Source of the DNA: Patescibacteria group bacterium
GTDB lineage: Bacteria; Patescibacteriota; Microgenomatia; UBA8517
Assembly: GCA_026416845.1 (NCBI GenBank)
Contig: JAOAEL010000003.1
Coordinates: 78,047-142,046, forward strand
Length of the DNA: 64,000 nucleotides
Reading direction: 5' to 3'
The notes below the pieces were generated by a model. That model was given only the letters and a program-made list of their open reading frames with translations. It was not told where the DNA came from and did not search any database. This document shows positions 46,851-57,362 of this stretch, piece by piece. The position numbers and the translations under genes were made by a program. The first letter of the stretch is position 1; every line of letters starts with the position of its first letter.

Positions 46851-48815
46851 CTAGTTTTTATTTACAAAGGAATGTGCAATTGTTTTTTGATATTGTAAAT
46901 ATGCGTTTGGATTTTCTTTTATTATTTCTTCCAAAGAACTTTCATTTTTGGATATAAGTTTTAGTTGTTGATGAATTATTCTTTTTATTTCTTTTTTTAC
47001 TATTTTGTTTTGTTTTAGCAAATGTAGCAATTTTTTGAAGTAATTAATTACTTCCTTACTTGTTATAATTCTGGCTTTTAAGAGAGATATTCTTTCTTTT
47101 ATAATTTTTTCTTCGGATTTTTTAAATATAGATTTGGCAAATGGTATTTTTACCATTAATAACTTTAATGTTTCAATTTGTTCTTTGAATGATGATTTAG
47201 AAGAAATTAAACCTCCTTTTTGGTAAGATCTGCCTTTGTAAACTTCTGGATATTCCAAAGCGTCTTCTTGCATGTCAAGTTCGACATCAAAATCATAATA
47301 GACATTTTCACTTATATATCCTTCTTCAAAAAGCTTATCAAGGCAGTTTTTTTCTATTTCTAGTGATTGTATTTTTAGGCATTTTGATATTGTTTTTCCT
47401 TTTGAAAGTTGAAAAAGCCTTTTTTTATGCATTTCTTGTTCTTTAGATAAGTTTTGAGTGATTTCTCTTAGTATTGATTCTTCTACCTCATCTTTATAAA
47501 TATTTTTGATAATTCCTTTTGCTTCTTCTAAATCATATATTCTTTTTTCTTCAAGAAGCACTTCTTCTTCTTTTTTAGGTAAATGAAGTTTTAAATTTAA
47601 GAGAAGAGATCTTATTGTTAAACCATTCACAAAAAGAGTAAACAAAAAAACACCCAAAGTAAAAGCAAACATTGTGTCGTAAAAGGCATAATTTTTGGGT
47701 AATGAATAAACAAGGACTAATGGAATTACGCCCCTAAGACCACCCCAATTTAAAACATGTTGCCATGATAGAGGTATATTGGGTTCATCTGCAAAAAAAC
47801 GGAGATTGTTTGTTATCAAACAACTTAGATAAACAGATATAGATCTGGCTATAAGCACTGCTATTATTGCCACTATTATTTGGTTAAAGCTTTCTTTAAA
47901 AATAGACAAATCTATAGTAAAAGTTGCGAAAAAGAAGACTATAGAGACCGAGACAAAGGCAAAAAATTCCCATAGTTCTTCTTCAAATTTTTTGACTTCC
48001 GATGCAATTTTTGTTCTACCCAAATTTCCTAAGATAATTGCTGACATTACTGAACTTATAACACCCGAAAGACCAAAAAAAGTTTCTGCAACAGAGAAAG
48101 ATCCTAAGGCGACTGCGACTGTTAGCGATGTTACGATTAATTGTTCATTTTTAAAACTTTGTATAACTTTTGCAGTTATGTATCCTATGAAAGCTCCAAA
48201 TAATATACTTCCAAAAAAAACGTATAAAAATGTCCCCAAACTTATAATTGCCTGATTTGCGTTAAAAGAATAATTACCTGAAATTACAAGTGCCGATATT
48301 AACCTAAATGTTATTACCGCAGTTGCATCATTTAACATGCTTTCACCATCTGCGATTAATGCAAGTCTTCTGGGTGCCCCTAAAGATTTGAACATTGAAA
48401 TTACAGCAATTGGATCTGTTGAAGAAATAATTGCGCCAAACAAAAGAGCATCAGCCCATGGCATGTTTAAAAAAATTGCCAAAATAAAGCTGATTGTAAA
48501 TATTGAAAGCAAAAGCCCAAATGTTGCGAGAAAGGATATGGTTTTAAATTGTAGTTTAAACTGATGCAAATTAATGTGAAAAGCAGATTCAAATAATAAA
48601 ATTGGGAGAAGAACATAATAAATAAATTCTGAAGATATGTTTAAATGTAAATTTAATCCTGAATATTTCGAAATGAATTGAGCTACAAGTCCTATGCTGA
48701 GTAATAAAACTGTATATGGTAAAAATTGCAGCTTTTTTGTTAAACGATAAGAGAGAGATATTAGGACTAAGAAAAAAGCAGCAAATAAACTGGTTACGAT
48801 TATAGCATGTTCCAT
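46851..48815 (-). CDS. Na+/H+ (cation:proton) antiporter, CPA1/NhaP-type, with a C-terminal cytoplasmic regulatory extension
   Basis: ~400-aa polytopic N-terminal domain with the Na_H_Exchanger-like helix pattern (PRRLALIADGESMLNDATAVITF). ~250-aa hydrophilic C-terminus. Confidence 0.7.
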   Translation of the reverse strand: MEHAIIVTSLFAAFFLVLISLSYRLTKKLQFLPYTVLLLSIGLVAQFISKYSGLNLHLNISSEFIYYVLLPILLFESAFHINLHQFKLQFKTISFLATFGLLLSIFTISFILAIFLNMPWADALLFGAIISSTDPIAVISMFKSLGAPRRLALIADGESMLNDATAVITFRLISALVISGNYSFNANQAIISLGTFLYVFFGSILFGAFIGYITAKVIQSFKNEQLIVTSLTVAVALGSFSVAETFFGLSGVISSVMSAIILGNLGRTKIASEVKKFEEELWEFFAFVSVSIVFFFATFTIDLSIFKESFNQIIVAIIAVLIARSISVYLSCLITNNLRFFADEPNIPLSWQHVLNWGGLRGVIPLVLVYSLPKNYAFYDTMFAFTLGVFLFTLFVNGLTIRSLLLNLKLHLPKKEEEVLLEEKRIYDLEEAKGIIKNIYKDEVEESILREITQNLSKEQEMHKKRLFQLSKGKTISKCLKIQSLEIEKNCLDKLFEEGYISENVYYDFDVELDMQEDALEYPEVYKGRSYQKGGLISSKSSFKEQIETLKLLMVKIPFAKSIFKKSEEKIIKERISLLKARIITSKEVINYFKKLLHLLKQNKIVKKEIKRIIHQQLKLISKNESSLEEIIKENPNAYLQYQKTIAHSFVNKN

Positions 48816-48995
48816 GTCTTTATGGTTTTTTGCCTGTTTTAGGAATACTTAACACTTATTTGTTTAAAATGTTTTAATTATTAAGCATATATAAGGTATA
48901 GTGAAAAAATATTTTTAGCAACATTTTTTAACATATATAATTGTTATCAATTTTAATTACTAATTAATATTTAACATAAATTTATAAAAACAAAA

Positions 48996-50789
48996 ATGGA
49001 AGAAATTGAAATAATAAAACAAAAAACCGATATTGTTTCTTTAATAGGCGATTATTTGAATCTTAAAAAAGCGGGAAGGAATTATAAAAGTTTGTGCCCC
49101 TTTCATAATGAAAAAACTCCTTCTTTCGTTGTTTCTCCTGAATTGCAAATTTTTAAGTGTTTTGGCTGTGGAGAAAGTGGAGATGTATTTTCTTTTTTAC
49201 AAAAATATGAAGGAATGGATTTTTATGAGGCTTTAGTTTTTTTAGCTAAAAGGTGTGGTGTTAGTTTGAGGGATTATAAAGCTAAAGACAAAAATTTTTT
49301 GTTTGAGATAAATAATTTGGTTGCCAAGTTTTATAACTATATTCTTACAAGACATCCTGTGGGCAAATATGCTCTTAACTATTTAATTAAAGAAAGATGT
49401 TTAAGTATTTCTACAATTCAAGAGTTCAACCTTGGATATTCTCCAGAACAACCAAATTTTTTTAGAAATTTTTTTATCTCTAAGAAAAAACTTAAAATTT
49501 CTGATTTAGAAAGAGCAGGTATTTTGTATGTAAAAGACAATTTATTTTTTGATAGATTCAGAGGGAGAGTTACATTCCCTTTAGCTGATTTTCGTGGTAA
49601 TATTCGTGGTTTTTCAGGCAGAATTCTTCCCAGAGATGCCAACAAGGGATTAGCGAAATATATTAACACTCCTGAGACTGAAATTTATCATAAATCTGAA
49701 CTTTTGTATGGAATACACATCTCAAAAGAACATATAAGAAATCAAAAAAGTGCAATAGTTGTTGAAGGAGAACTAGATATGATCTCTTCTTATCAGGCGG
49801 GTTTAAGGAATGTTGTGGCAATTAAAGGATCTGCTATTACAGAGGATCAATCTAGGATTCTTTCACGTCTTTGTTCAAAAGCAATTTTGGCTCTTGATGC
49901 TGATTTGGCTGGTGATAGTGCTGCAAGAAGAGGTGTAAATTTACTTAAAGAACATGGGTTTGAAGTTTTTGTGGCGCAATTTGATAAGTATAAGGATCCG
50001 GATGAAGCTGCAAGGTTTGAAAAAAAAGTTTTGTTTGAAGGTGTTAATAATGCTGTGTCAGTTTGGGATTTTTTACTTAATTCTATTTTTGCGAAGTACC
50101 AGAGTGATTCTAGTTTTTATACAGAAGAAATAAGCAAACAAATTGTTGCAGTTCTTGTTGATATAGAAGATTTGATTGTTAGATCTCACTATGTCGGCTT
50201 GGTTGCAAAAAAGTTGGGTATTTCTCCTGATGTTATTAATGCTCAGATTGAAAATTATGTTAATTTTGATAGACGAAAGGTTTTGAATTCTCGACAAATG
50301 GCACAGTTAAACGTAATTAAAAACTTGTCAAAAAAAGGTGAAAAAAATTTAATTGAGTTTTGGCAGGAAAGACTTTTTTCTCTTGTTGTTTGTTATGATT
50401 TGAGAGATCTTCTTTGGTTTTATGAAAATGGTGTTTTTACTATTCCTGTTTTAGTAAAAATAATTGAGTTTTATAATAGTCAAGGCAATAAAAACATATC
50501 ATATTCTGATTTAGTTAAGATTTTGCCCCCAGAGTTGGCTGACAAAGCTAAAGATTTGGGCTTAGTGGATGTTCCTGAAAATGAAGAAAAATTGAAAAAA
50601 GAAGCTTATCAGTTGGCTTTAAGGATAAAAAGACATAATTTAAATGTTGAAAAAGAGAATATTTTAAAAGAAATTCGAAAAATTGAGGGCAGTGAAAGTG
50701 TTGAAGGTTCAGATTCAAGGCTTTTGGTTCTTCAAAAAAGATTTAATGAAATTATTGATAAGATTAACAACCTTGCGCTCAAAAAATGA
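48996..50789 (+). CDS. dnaG: DNA primase
   Basis: Zinc-binding CPFHNEKTPSFVVSPELQIFKCFGCGESGDVFSF, and the TOPRIM block AIVVEGELDMISSYQAG. Confidence 0.9.
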   Translation: MEEIEIIKQKTDIVSLIGDYLNLKKAGRNYKSLCPFHNEKTPSFVVSPELQIFKCFGCGESGDVFSFLQKYEGMDFYEALVFLAKRCGVSLRDYKAKDKNFLFEINNLVAKFYNYILTRHPVGKYALNYLIKERCLSISTIQEFNLGYSPEQPNFFRNFFISKKKLKISDLERAGILYVKDNLFFDRFRGRVTFPLADFRGNIRGFSGRILPRDANKGLAKYINTPETEIYHKSELLYGIHISKEHIRNQKSAIVVEGELDMISSYQAGLRNVVAIKGSAITEDQSRILSRLCSKAILALDADLAGDSAARRGVNLLKEHGFEVFVAQFDKYKDPDEAARFEKKVLFEGVNNAVSVWDFLLNSIFAKYQSDSSFYTEEISKQIVAVLVDIEDLIVRSHYVGLVAKKLGISPDVINAQIENYVNFDRRKVLNSRQMAQLNVIKNLSKKGEKNLIEFWQERLFSLVVCYDLRDLLWFYENGVFTIPVLVKIIEFYNSQGNKNISYSDLVKILPPELADKAKDLGLVDVPENEEKLKKEAYQLALRIKRHNLNVEKENILKEIRKIEGSESVEGSDSRLLVLQKRFNEIIDKINNLALKK

Positions 50790-50835
50790 AATTGTATAAT
50801 TGACCGTAGATGTCTGATTTTGGTTGTATTTTTTT

Positions 50836-51912
50836 ATGAAAAAAAATGTGACGCTTCTTATTAAAAAGGCCAGAGAACAAGGTTTTTTAACCCAAGACGA
50901 AATTTTGGAAGTTTTTCCAAACGCCGAAGAAAACATATCTCAACTTGATGAACTTTACGACAAACTTTTAGGAGAAGGAATTGATGTTTTCGAGTCAGTT
51001 TCTATTGATCAATTTGACACAGATGAAAAAGCAAAAGAAAAATTGGAACGAGAAATAGAAATATTGTCGAAGTTGTCTGGGGTTGAATCAACTGATCCTG
51101 TTAGACAATATCTTAGAGAAATCGGCAAAGTACCTCTTTTAGATGCTGAAGAAGAAGTAGAATTAGCAAAAAAATTTGAAAAGAAAGACATGAAAGCTAA
51201 AGATAAATTGACGGAGGCGAATCTTAGACTGGTTGTTTCAATTGCTAAAAAATATATTGGGCGTGGTTTATCTTTGTTGGATTTAATACAAGAAGGCAAC
51301 CAGGGTTTGATTCGTGCTGTCGAAAAGTACAATTGGAGAAAAGGTTTTAAGTTTTCAACATACGCAACATGGTGGATAAGACAGGCTATAACTCGTGCAA
51401 TAGCAGATCAAGCAAGAACTATTCGCATCCCTGTTCATATGGTGGAAACAATAAACAAGCTTTATAGAATAAGTAGGAAGCTGATGCAAGAACTTGGCAG
51501 AGAACCGACTCCAGAAGAAATTGCCGAGCAAGTGGAAATGGAACCTAGCAGAGTGCGAGAAATTTTCAAAATTGCTCAAGAAACTACTTCTCTTGAACAG
51601 CCAGTTGGCGAAGATAATGAAAGTTTTCTTGGTGATTTTATACCTGATGAATCTCAATTGTCACCTGTTGATCAAGCATCTAAGCAACTTTTAAAAGATC
51701 ATTTGGATGAGATTTTAGCTGAACTTAGCGACCGTGAGGCCAAAGTTTTAAGATTGAGGTTTGGTTTGGATGGATCTAAACAAATGACGCTTGAGGAAGT
51801 TGGCAAAGTTTTTGGTGTAACAAGAGAGCGTATAAGACAAATAGAAGCTAAAGCTTTGCGCAAGTTAAAACATCCTTCTAGGAGAAAAAAGCTTCAAGAT
51901 TATTTGGAATGA
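50836..51912 (+). CDS. rpoD: RNA polymerase sigma-70 factor RpoD
   Basis: Region 2 ([53 protein letters not shown]), region 3 and region 4 ([42 protein letters not shown]). Immediately follows dnaG, as in the classical operon. Confidence 0.9.
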   Translation: MKKNVTLLIKKAREQGFLTQDEILEVFPNAEENISQLDELYDKLLGEGIDVFESVSIDQFDTDEKAKEKLEREIEILSKLSGVESTDPVRQYLREIGKVPLLDAEEEVELAKKFEKKDMKAKDKLTEANLRLVVSIAKKYIGRGLSLLDLIQEGNQGLIRAVEKYNWRKGFKFSTYATWWIRQAITRAIADQARTIRIPVHMVETINKLYRISRKLMQELGREPTPEEIAEQVEMEPSRVREIFKIAQETTSLEQPVGEDNESFLGDFIPDESQLSPVDQASKQLLKDHLDEILAELSDREAKVLRLRFGLDGSKQMTLEEVGKVFGVTRERIRQIEAKALRKLKHPSRRKKLQDYLE

Positions 51913-52302
51913 TTTTTTGATTTTGTTTGTTTTTAAGATAATCGTGATTGTTTTTTTGAATTTGTGTAAATAAAAAATTTTTAAAGATTGCGTTTTTTGT
52001 GTATTAATTTAGCTTTTTAGTTAAAGTTATGGATTAAAAATTGTAATTTGATTGTTTTGGGAAAACATAACGAACTTGTCAAGAGCAAAGGCAATAAAAA
52101 ATTAATGCAATTTTCCCCAGATATTTTAGAAACTTATGAAAGGCATGGTATTAATGGTCATATTGTTTGGCAGAGGTAATTAAGAAGTGTTTGTTCTGTT
52201 GTGCGATTTAAAATTTTGTTTAATTTTTTTTAAAAAAACCAACACTTGAAGTTTTTGTTTGATTAGTTTAAATTTTCTTTAAAGGAAAGTTCTGAAAAAA
52301 TT

Positions 52303-52333
52303 GGGCAAGGAAAATTTTTACTTGCCCTTTTTT
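52303..52333 (+). terminator. Intrinsic terminator hairpin (gggcaag-loop-cttgccc plus T6) with no annotated ORF upstream
   Basis: Seen directly: 7-bp GC-rich stem, 11-nt loop, then tttttt. The 390 nt upstream (51913-52302) have no ORF >=60 aa. Confidence 0.45.
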
Positions 52334-52428
52334 GTTTTTGTACCTTGAATATTTGGATTTTTTGCCTTTTAATTAAAATTGCCAAGAAAAAAACGCAATT
52401 TAATTAATAGAAAGGGGGTGGAAAAAGT

Positions 52429-52992
52429 ATGCTTTCTGATTTGGCTAAACAAGTAAGTTCTGCTTTAGTCTCTGCGATTTCTGGAGCAGATGATGTTCTG
52501 ATTGCTTTGAGAACAGCTTTCAAAAACCAAATAACTGGTACGCTGAGAGATGTTGCCGATATTGCAACTAGCAGTCTTGATGCTGTGAGTGATGTTGTTT
52601 CAGGCGCGGTATCTGCCGCCAGTAGCGCTGGCATTTCTTTGGTGGATGCGGCTCGTGATAGTGTTGGCGAAACAGTTGATGCTGTTTCAGAAACAGGAGG
52701 CAATGTCCTGACTGCCGTCTCCAAAGCTGTGAGCGGCGCTGTCAAAGGGGCATCAAGTGTGGGCGGCGATGTTGCCAAAGTTGCTGTCTCTGCCGTTGAA
52801 GGAGCTGTAGAGCACGCCGGCAAAGTTGGAGTAAGCACCACCGAAGCGGCACGCGAAGCGGTTGTCGCTGTTGTAAAAGCCGCCGATGAAGTAGGCGGAG
52901 AAGTTGGCAAGTCCGTGCGTGACGCTTTGCTTTCAGCGGCAAGTTTGCCAAGAGATGTGATAGATTCTGTTCTTAAAGGAAGCGGCAAATAA
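52429..52992 (+). CDS. Ala/Val/Ser-rich repeat protein (amphipathic-helix, LEA/phasin-like composition), GC-rich relative to the genome
   Basis: Strong RBS (agaaagggggtgg) then ATG. 187 aa with reiterated (D/E)AVSxxVSGAVxxAxxxG-type repeats. The mirrored antisense ORF (52404-52988) is an artefact of the GC-rich repeat. Confidence 0.5.
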   Translation: MLSDLAKQVSSALVSAISGADDVLIALRTAFKNQITGTLRDVADIATSSLDAVSDVVSGAVSAASSAGISLVDAARDSVGETVDAVSETGGNVLTAVSKAVSGAVKGASSVGGDVAKVAVSAVEGAVEHAGKVGVSTTEAAREAVVAVVKAADEVGGEVGKSVRDALLSAASLPRDVIDSVLKGSGK

Positions 52993-53053
52993 ATTTGCTT
53001 ATAAAAAGGAACTCTTTTTGTGTGTATATAAATTCAAAATTAGAGTTCCTTTT

Positions 53054-53353
53054 TTATTTTTGTGAAAGACTATTTTTCACCTTTTTATTTGTTTTTTTGT
53101 CAATGCAAAGGTTGCATGAATTTTTGTGATTTGCGATTATATATACGGTTGATATACCGATAAGAGCGTAAGTTGGGTTAATTAGCCAAGGCCAATCAGC
53201 CAGAACATTGGCTATAACATTTGTTTTGAAAATACCAAGCATGCCCAAGTTAATTCCTCCGATCCAGAGAAGCACATGCGCGCCAGTGTGAATTTTTTTC
53301 GCTAAAATTTTAAACATTTTGTCAAATTTGCTTTGCCGTTGGAAATATCGCAA
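53054..53353 (-). CDS. Small membrane protein, DUF378-like
   Basis: Two hydrophobic helices (HVLLWIGGINLGMLGIF; PTYALIGISTVYIIANH) typical of ~80-aa DUF378 proteins. Likely start at internal Met (53317). Confidence 0.4.
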   Translation of the reverse strand: MRYFQRQSKFDKMFKILAKKIHTGAHVLLWIGGINLGMLGIFKTNVIANVLADWPWLINPTYALIGISTVYIIANHKNSCNLCIDKKTNKKVKNSLSQK

Positions 53354-53417
53354 AGATATCTAATATTATATAGACTTAATTGCCTGAATTGATATAATTG
53401 CTTTGTAAATTATTCAA

Positions 53418-53491
53418 TCCCCTGTAGCTCAACGGTAGAGCGGCTCGCTGTTAACGAGAAGGTTCTAGGTTCGAATCCTAGCGGGGGAGCA
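53418..53491 (+). tRNA. tRNA, anticodon GTT (Asn) by hand folding
   Basis: Acceptor tcccctg / cggggga. D-arm gctc-aacggta-gagc. Anticodon stem gctcg/cgaga (one G-A mismatch at 27-43) with loop cTGTTAa. 5-nt variable loop. T-arm ctagg-ttcgaat-cctag. Followed by a T-run. Confidence 0.75.
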
Positions 53492-53888
53492 TTTTTTCTT
53501 CTTTTCAAGATCTATTCTATTAACCAGAACTCAACTCTTTAAAATCTAAAAAACAAGGATTAAAATTAAGGGAGTAGGAAAAATAATGAAATTATCAAAA
53601 GGGAGGGTTGAGTTTTGTGATTTATACAAAACGAAATCCTAGACTCTCCTATTAAATATAGGTCTGGTTTAGAAATAGAGGTAAAAATCATATTTAGGGT
53701 ATTAAGTTATTCTGGTTTTTACTAAAAGAAGGTTAAGGAAGTTTAATGTAATAAAATAAGAGAAGCTCTTATTACATTTAAAAGTCACATTTAAAAGAAT
53801 CACAATTTAGAATTTAGATGGAATAAAAGAAAAACAAATATTTATAAGTTTTTTCTAAAATAATTTAGAAAAAACCTTTTAAAGCGCT

Positions 53889-54365
53889 CTAGACTCTTAG
53901 ATATTTTCTATATTTTCCGAAACAAAGTCGAGGTCCAAAACCAAGAGGATGAAGTTCCTTAATGGAAGTGATAAGAACTTTTTCTTTATCAGAATCAGAA
54001 ATTAAAATTTCAATATCATCTTTTATCAACTCGGCAAATTCCCATATAAGCTGACGACAAATACCACAAGGTCCAGAATGGATTTTTACCTTAAAATATT
54101 CACTTTTGGCAATAATGGCTAATTTTTTTATATGATATTCTCCGTTGGTGACCATCTGACAAATTGCTGATCGTTCTGCGCATATTCCCCCATAAGCGCA
54201 AGTGTTGATGTTAACACCTTTATAAATATTGCCTTTCTTTGTCAATATTACACAGCCAACATAAAATTGAGAATATGGATCATAACCATTAATTAAAACT
54301 TTTTCCGCTTCATTAACCAATTTTCTGTCCTCAGGTTTTAGTTTTGTAAAAGCAACCTTTTTCAT
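53889..54365 (-). CDS. cdd: Cytidine deaminase
   Basis: Zinc-ligand motifs CAERSAI and PCGICRQ in a ~150-aa protein. Confidence 0.75.
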   Translation of the reverse strand: MKKVAFTKLKPEDRKLVNEAEKVLINGYDPYSQFYVGCVILTKKGNIYKGVNINTCAYGGICAERSAICQMVTNGEYHIKKLAIIAKSEYFKVKIHSGPCGICRQLIWEFAELIKDDIEILISDSDKEKVLITSIKELHPLGFGPRLCFGKYRKYLRV

Positions 54366-54376
54366 AATTAAAAAAA

Positions 54377-55777
54377 TCAGAACTCTCTTTTAATTGGACG
54401 CCTTTTTCTTTGGGTTGTTAATGGAAAAGAATCTACAACATTGAAGGTGATATTAATTCCTCCGCTGAACACTGTCTCTAAAAGATGTTTTAAGTGTTGA
54501 AAGGAGTGTTCTCTTCTCTCTGGATCGCTAAAGAATGTTGGTTCTTTCACGGTTATTCTAAATTCGACAGGAGAGGTTTGAGCTAATTCAAATTCCTGAA
54601 TATTTACTCCTATATCAAACATCCATCGATAAGTTATGTCTAACATAGTTCCCGCAGGAACTATTGATCCATCTTGTCTTAAAAAGGCGTCATTTTGTCT
54701 GCCTTCAATTTTATCAATTTGTCTCCAAGTAATATAGCATTCTTTAGGCTCATCTAAAGTAATATAATCACCTTGAATATATTTAATGAAAGGCATAGCA
54801 CGATTTAATAAATTCGTTCCAACTACTAACCCTGTACCTTTCTGAATTGGTAAAAAGCTTTTAGGGTCAACAACGTCAATTCTTACCGTGTCCTCACAAA
54901 TGTGATAATGACCGCAGGGACACTCAAGGGCTATTCGTGTTAACTCTTCAGAGCTGTACTCGTCTAATACAGGAATACCCCCTAATTGATTGCTCATTAT
55001 TCTTCTTTCTTCCTTTGAAGACATTTCCGAATGAGTCACTACTAATTTAATAAGTTCTCTTTTAACACTTTCTCGTAAGTAAGGTACTAAAGATTGAAGA
55101 TTTGAGGGGTATAAAGAAAGAATGTCAGGAGAAACTTCCTCTAAAATTTTTGCAATTTCTTCGGGTTTAATTAAGCTGCTTATGAAAATTGATTGATACT
55201 CACCATTTCCTAAAGAATCTACCCACCAAGGAACGGTGTAAACATGCGCTACTCTCTGGTATTTATTATAAACCCCCCCACTTTGTAGCCAAAACTGACG
55301 AATACCTTGTAAAGTGTCAGCAATAATTGCTTGTGGGTCAACATAAATTCTTAAGGTCTTTCCAGAAGAGCCACTTGATCGAGTTGGAAATAAGTCTTCA
55401 ATCATATAATCAGGATTGACACAAAGATTTGGGAAAGCATCAATTAACTCATCTTTTGTTATTACCGGTAAAAAGTGATAATCTCCCCAATCTTTTAAGT
55501 CTCTTGGTTCAAAGCCTACCTCTTGGTATTTTTTTCTATAGACAGGAATTTTATAATAAGCCAATGTTACTAATTCTCTTATTTTTTCAAATTGTTGTCT
55601 CTCAATTACTTCAGGTGGCAAAAAGGGTTCCTCAAATAACCTCTGTAAAGTTTCAGAATTATAAGAAAGCGCTAAAGCATTTCTAAATTCGAGAGAAGTT
55701 TTATGCATTGAAGGGAGTCTTTCCGTTTCCCAATACTCAACTATTGTCGGAGATTGGGATGATTGCTCTCTGCTCAT
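54377..55777 (-). CDS. Adenylate-forming enzyme of the phenylacetate-CoA ligase / CapK / F390-synthetase family
   Basis: AMP-binding P-loop-like TRSSGSSGKTLRIY near residue 130. Size and layout are typical of PaaK-like ligases. GC is higher than the local background. Confidence 0.55.
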   Translation of the reverse strand: MSREQSSQSPTIVEYWETERLPSMHKTSLEFRNALALSYNSETLQRLFEEPFLPPEVIERQQFEKIRELVTLAYYKIPVYRKKYQEVGFEPRDLKDWGDYHFLPVITKDELIDAFPNLCVNPDYMIEDLFPTRSSGSSGKTLRIYVDPQAIIADTLQGIRQFWLQSGGVYNKYQRVAHVYTVPWWVDSLGNGEYQSIFISSLIKPEEIAKILEEVSPDILSLYPSNLQSLVPYLRESVKRELIKLVVTHSEMSSKEERRIMSNQLGGIPVLDEYSSEELTRIALECPCGHYHICEDTVRIDVVDPKSFLPIQKGTGLVVGTNLLNRAMPFIKYIQGDYITLDEPKECYITWRQIDKIEGRQNDAFLRQDGSIVPAGTMLDITYRWMFDIGVNIQEFELAQTSPVEFRITVKEPTFFSDPERREHSFQHLKHLLETVFSGGINITFNVVDSFPLTTQRKRRPIKREF

Positions 55778-57362
55778 TTTATAGATATTATATCAAAAAT
55801 ACGCTATAAAGCAGGGGTGTGTATAAGTCACATACATATGAGACTTTTTAGGTAAAATTTTTAATAATTAAACAATTTAAATAGTAGTGGAATCAAGAGT
55901 AGGGTGAGACATAAAAAGTTCTGATTTTGTTTATTAGGAGGAGCGAGTTAAGCGGGTCTCTGATAAAACTCTTGCTATCTACAAAGATTTATCTCTTCAG
56001 CCATCTGTGTTTTCTACTCGGAAAACGGGCTAAACAATATCAACAGATTATCAAGCTAAAAGAATGGCAACGAAACTTCATAGCTTTTGGCGAAAATTGC
56101 TTAGACATATCAAAGACGATACTCGAATAAAATAATCAGACTCTGGAGACAATAATTAGGGTCCATTTACTCAGATTTTGGAGAAACGGCGGAATGGACG
56201 AACATAGCAATGCAGAAGTGGCAAAAAGTAGACCATAGATTTTTAGCTGCTTACTTGCAGATGTATTTTTATATGGGGGAAGCAGTAGAATTTAATGGAG
56301 ATAGTTTCGAGAAACACCATGCTCAAGATGTAGCTTCTGTTTTAGATCTGGAAACAATGTGGATGGTTGCCCATAAAAGCCTAACTCAAGAGGTAGCAGA
56401 AATAGTTGGGGCATATTGTCAAGATACGTCAGAATATCCCGGGCTCAAAATTATCCGTTTCGCCTTTTGACTGTCACCTTAATGGGGCTTTCCACAAAAT
56501 GCGGTGTGTTCCTTTTATCCTGAATCATGAAAGCTTAATTGATAAATTAAAGCTGTACATTGGTGTATAAAGACAACTGTGTTGAGGAATTTTTTTTATT
56601 ATTTCAATCAAGCTCGAAATTTTTATCAACTTATTTCAGTACGACGTTGGGAAATGATGATTCCTCAAATCAAAGAAGAAATTATAGGGTTTTAGCTATA
56701 CAGTTGGGAGGCAAGATTGAAGATATGGTAGCTTTGCTGGCTGGTAAAATAAAGTCCATAACTAGCACTCACTTTGGAGAACCAAAAAACATCAAAGCGC
56801 CAGATTTGAATGAGTCTAAGAAACCAGAACGCTTTTCGTTTTCCAATCATACAAAAAGTGGCAGAAAGATATAGGCAAACAGCAAGGCTATGAAAAAAAG
56901 AAAAACCGCCACAGCTATTATTGTTTACGATTTGAAAACAAAACTGTTCCTAATATAAAGGATTTTTTTTGCAAAATTGATTACAGGTTTAGGAAACAAA
57001 AAATATAGATATTTGATGTAGGTCAGGAATAAAAGGTTATTTGTTTTAAAAGATATGCCTAGGTAAGTTAACAATTAAGTTGTAAAAAAATATGATGGTT
57101 GTAATTTTTTTGAAGGGATAAAATTTTGTTTTTAAAAAAGGACAATGTTTTTACTATTCCCAAGCTAGGAAAATTGAGATTTCTGAGAGATAAAATAGAA
57201 TCAATGCGGAAAAATTTAATCTTCGAATTGAGGAGAAAGAGTTGATATTTATTCTCTTATTGGATGGGGTTAATGCTAAACTTAACAACGTAATTGGAAG
57301 ATAGGGGAATTTTTAGAATTGGTGCCAAAGTTTAAATGTAGTTTTTTTAAATATTTGATCAA

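Noticed and set aside
2989-51694. Numerous 60-120-aa ORFs lying antisense to or inside confidently assigned genes (e.g. 2989-3201, 4142-4444, 6107-6328, 7160-7414, 12947-13144, 14671-15322 cluster, 18887-20892 cluster, 30377-33866 cluster, 48337-48564, 51009-51657)
   Set aside because: They overlap strong homology-supported genes on the other strand or frame, are short, and have biased low-complexity composition as expected from AT-rich antisense frames.
52404-52988. 194-aa minus-strand ORF (P/T/A/S-rich) fully overlapping the 52429-52992 plus-strand gene
   Set aside because: It is a mirror-image open frame created by the GC-rich GCN/GTN repeat. The plus-strand frame has a strong RBS plus ATG and a coherent amphipathic repeat. 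The antisense product is low-complexity Pro/Thr/Ala.
53493-53888. Small ORF (MKLSKGRVEFCDLYKTKS) and an 8-bp hairpin downstream of the tRNA
   Set aside because: Too short and unsupported to call. Listed only as part of the putative island spacer.
56430-56470. ucccgggcuc motif resembling the RNase P RNA P4 strand (GUCCGGGCUCC)
   Set aside because: Only one short half-site matches. The partner P4 strand (…AACCCGGCUUA…) and other universally conserved RNase P RNA elements are absent nearby.
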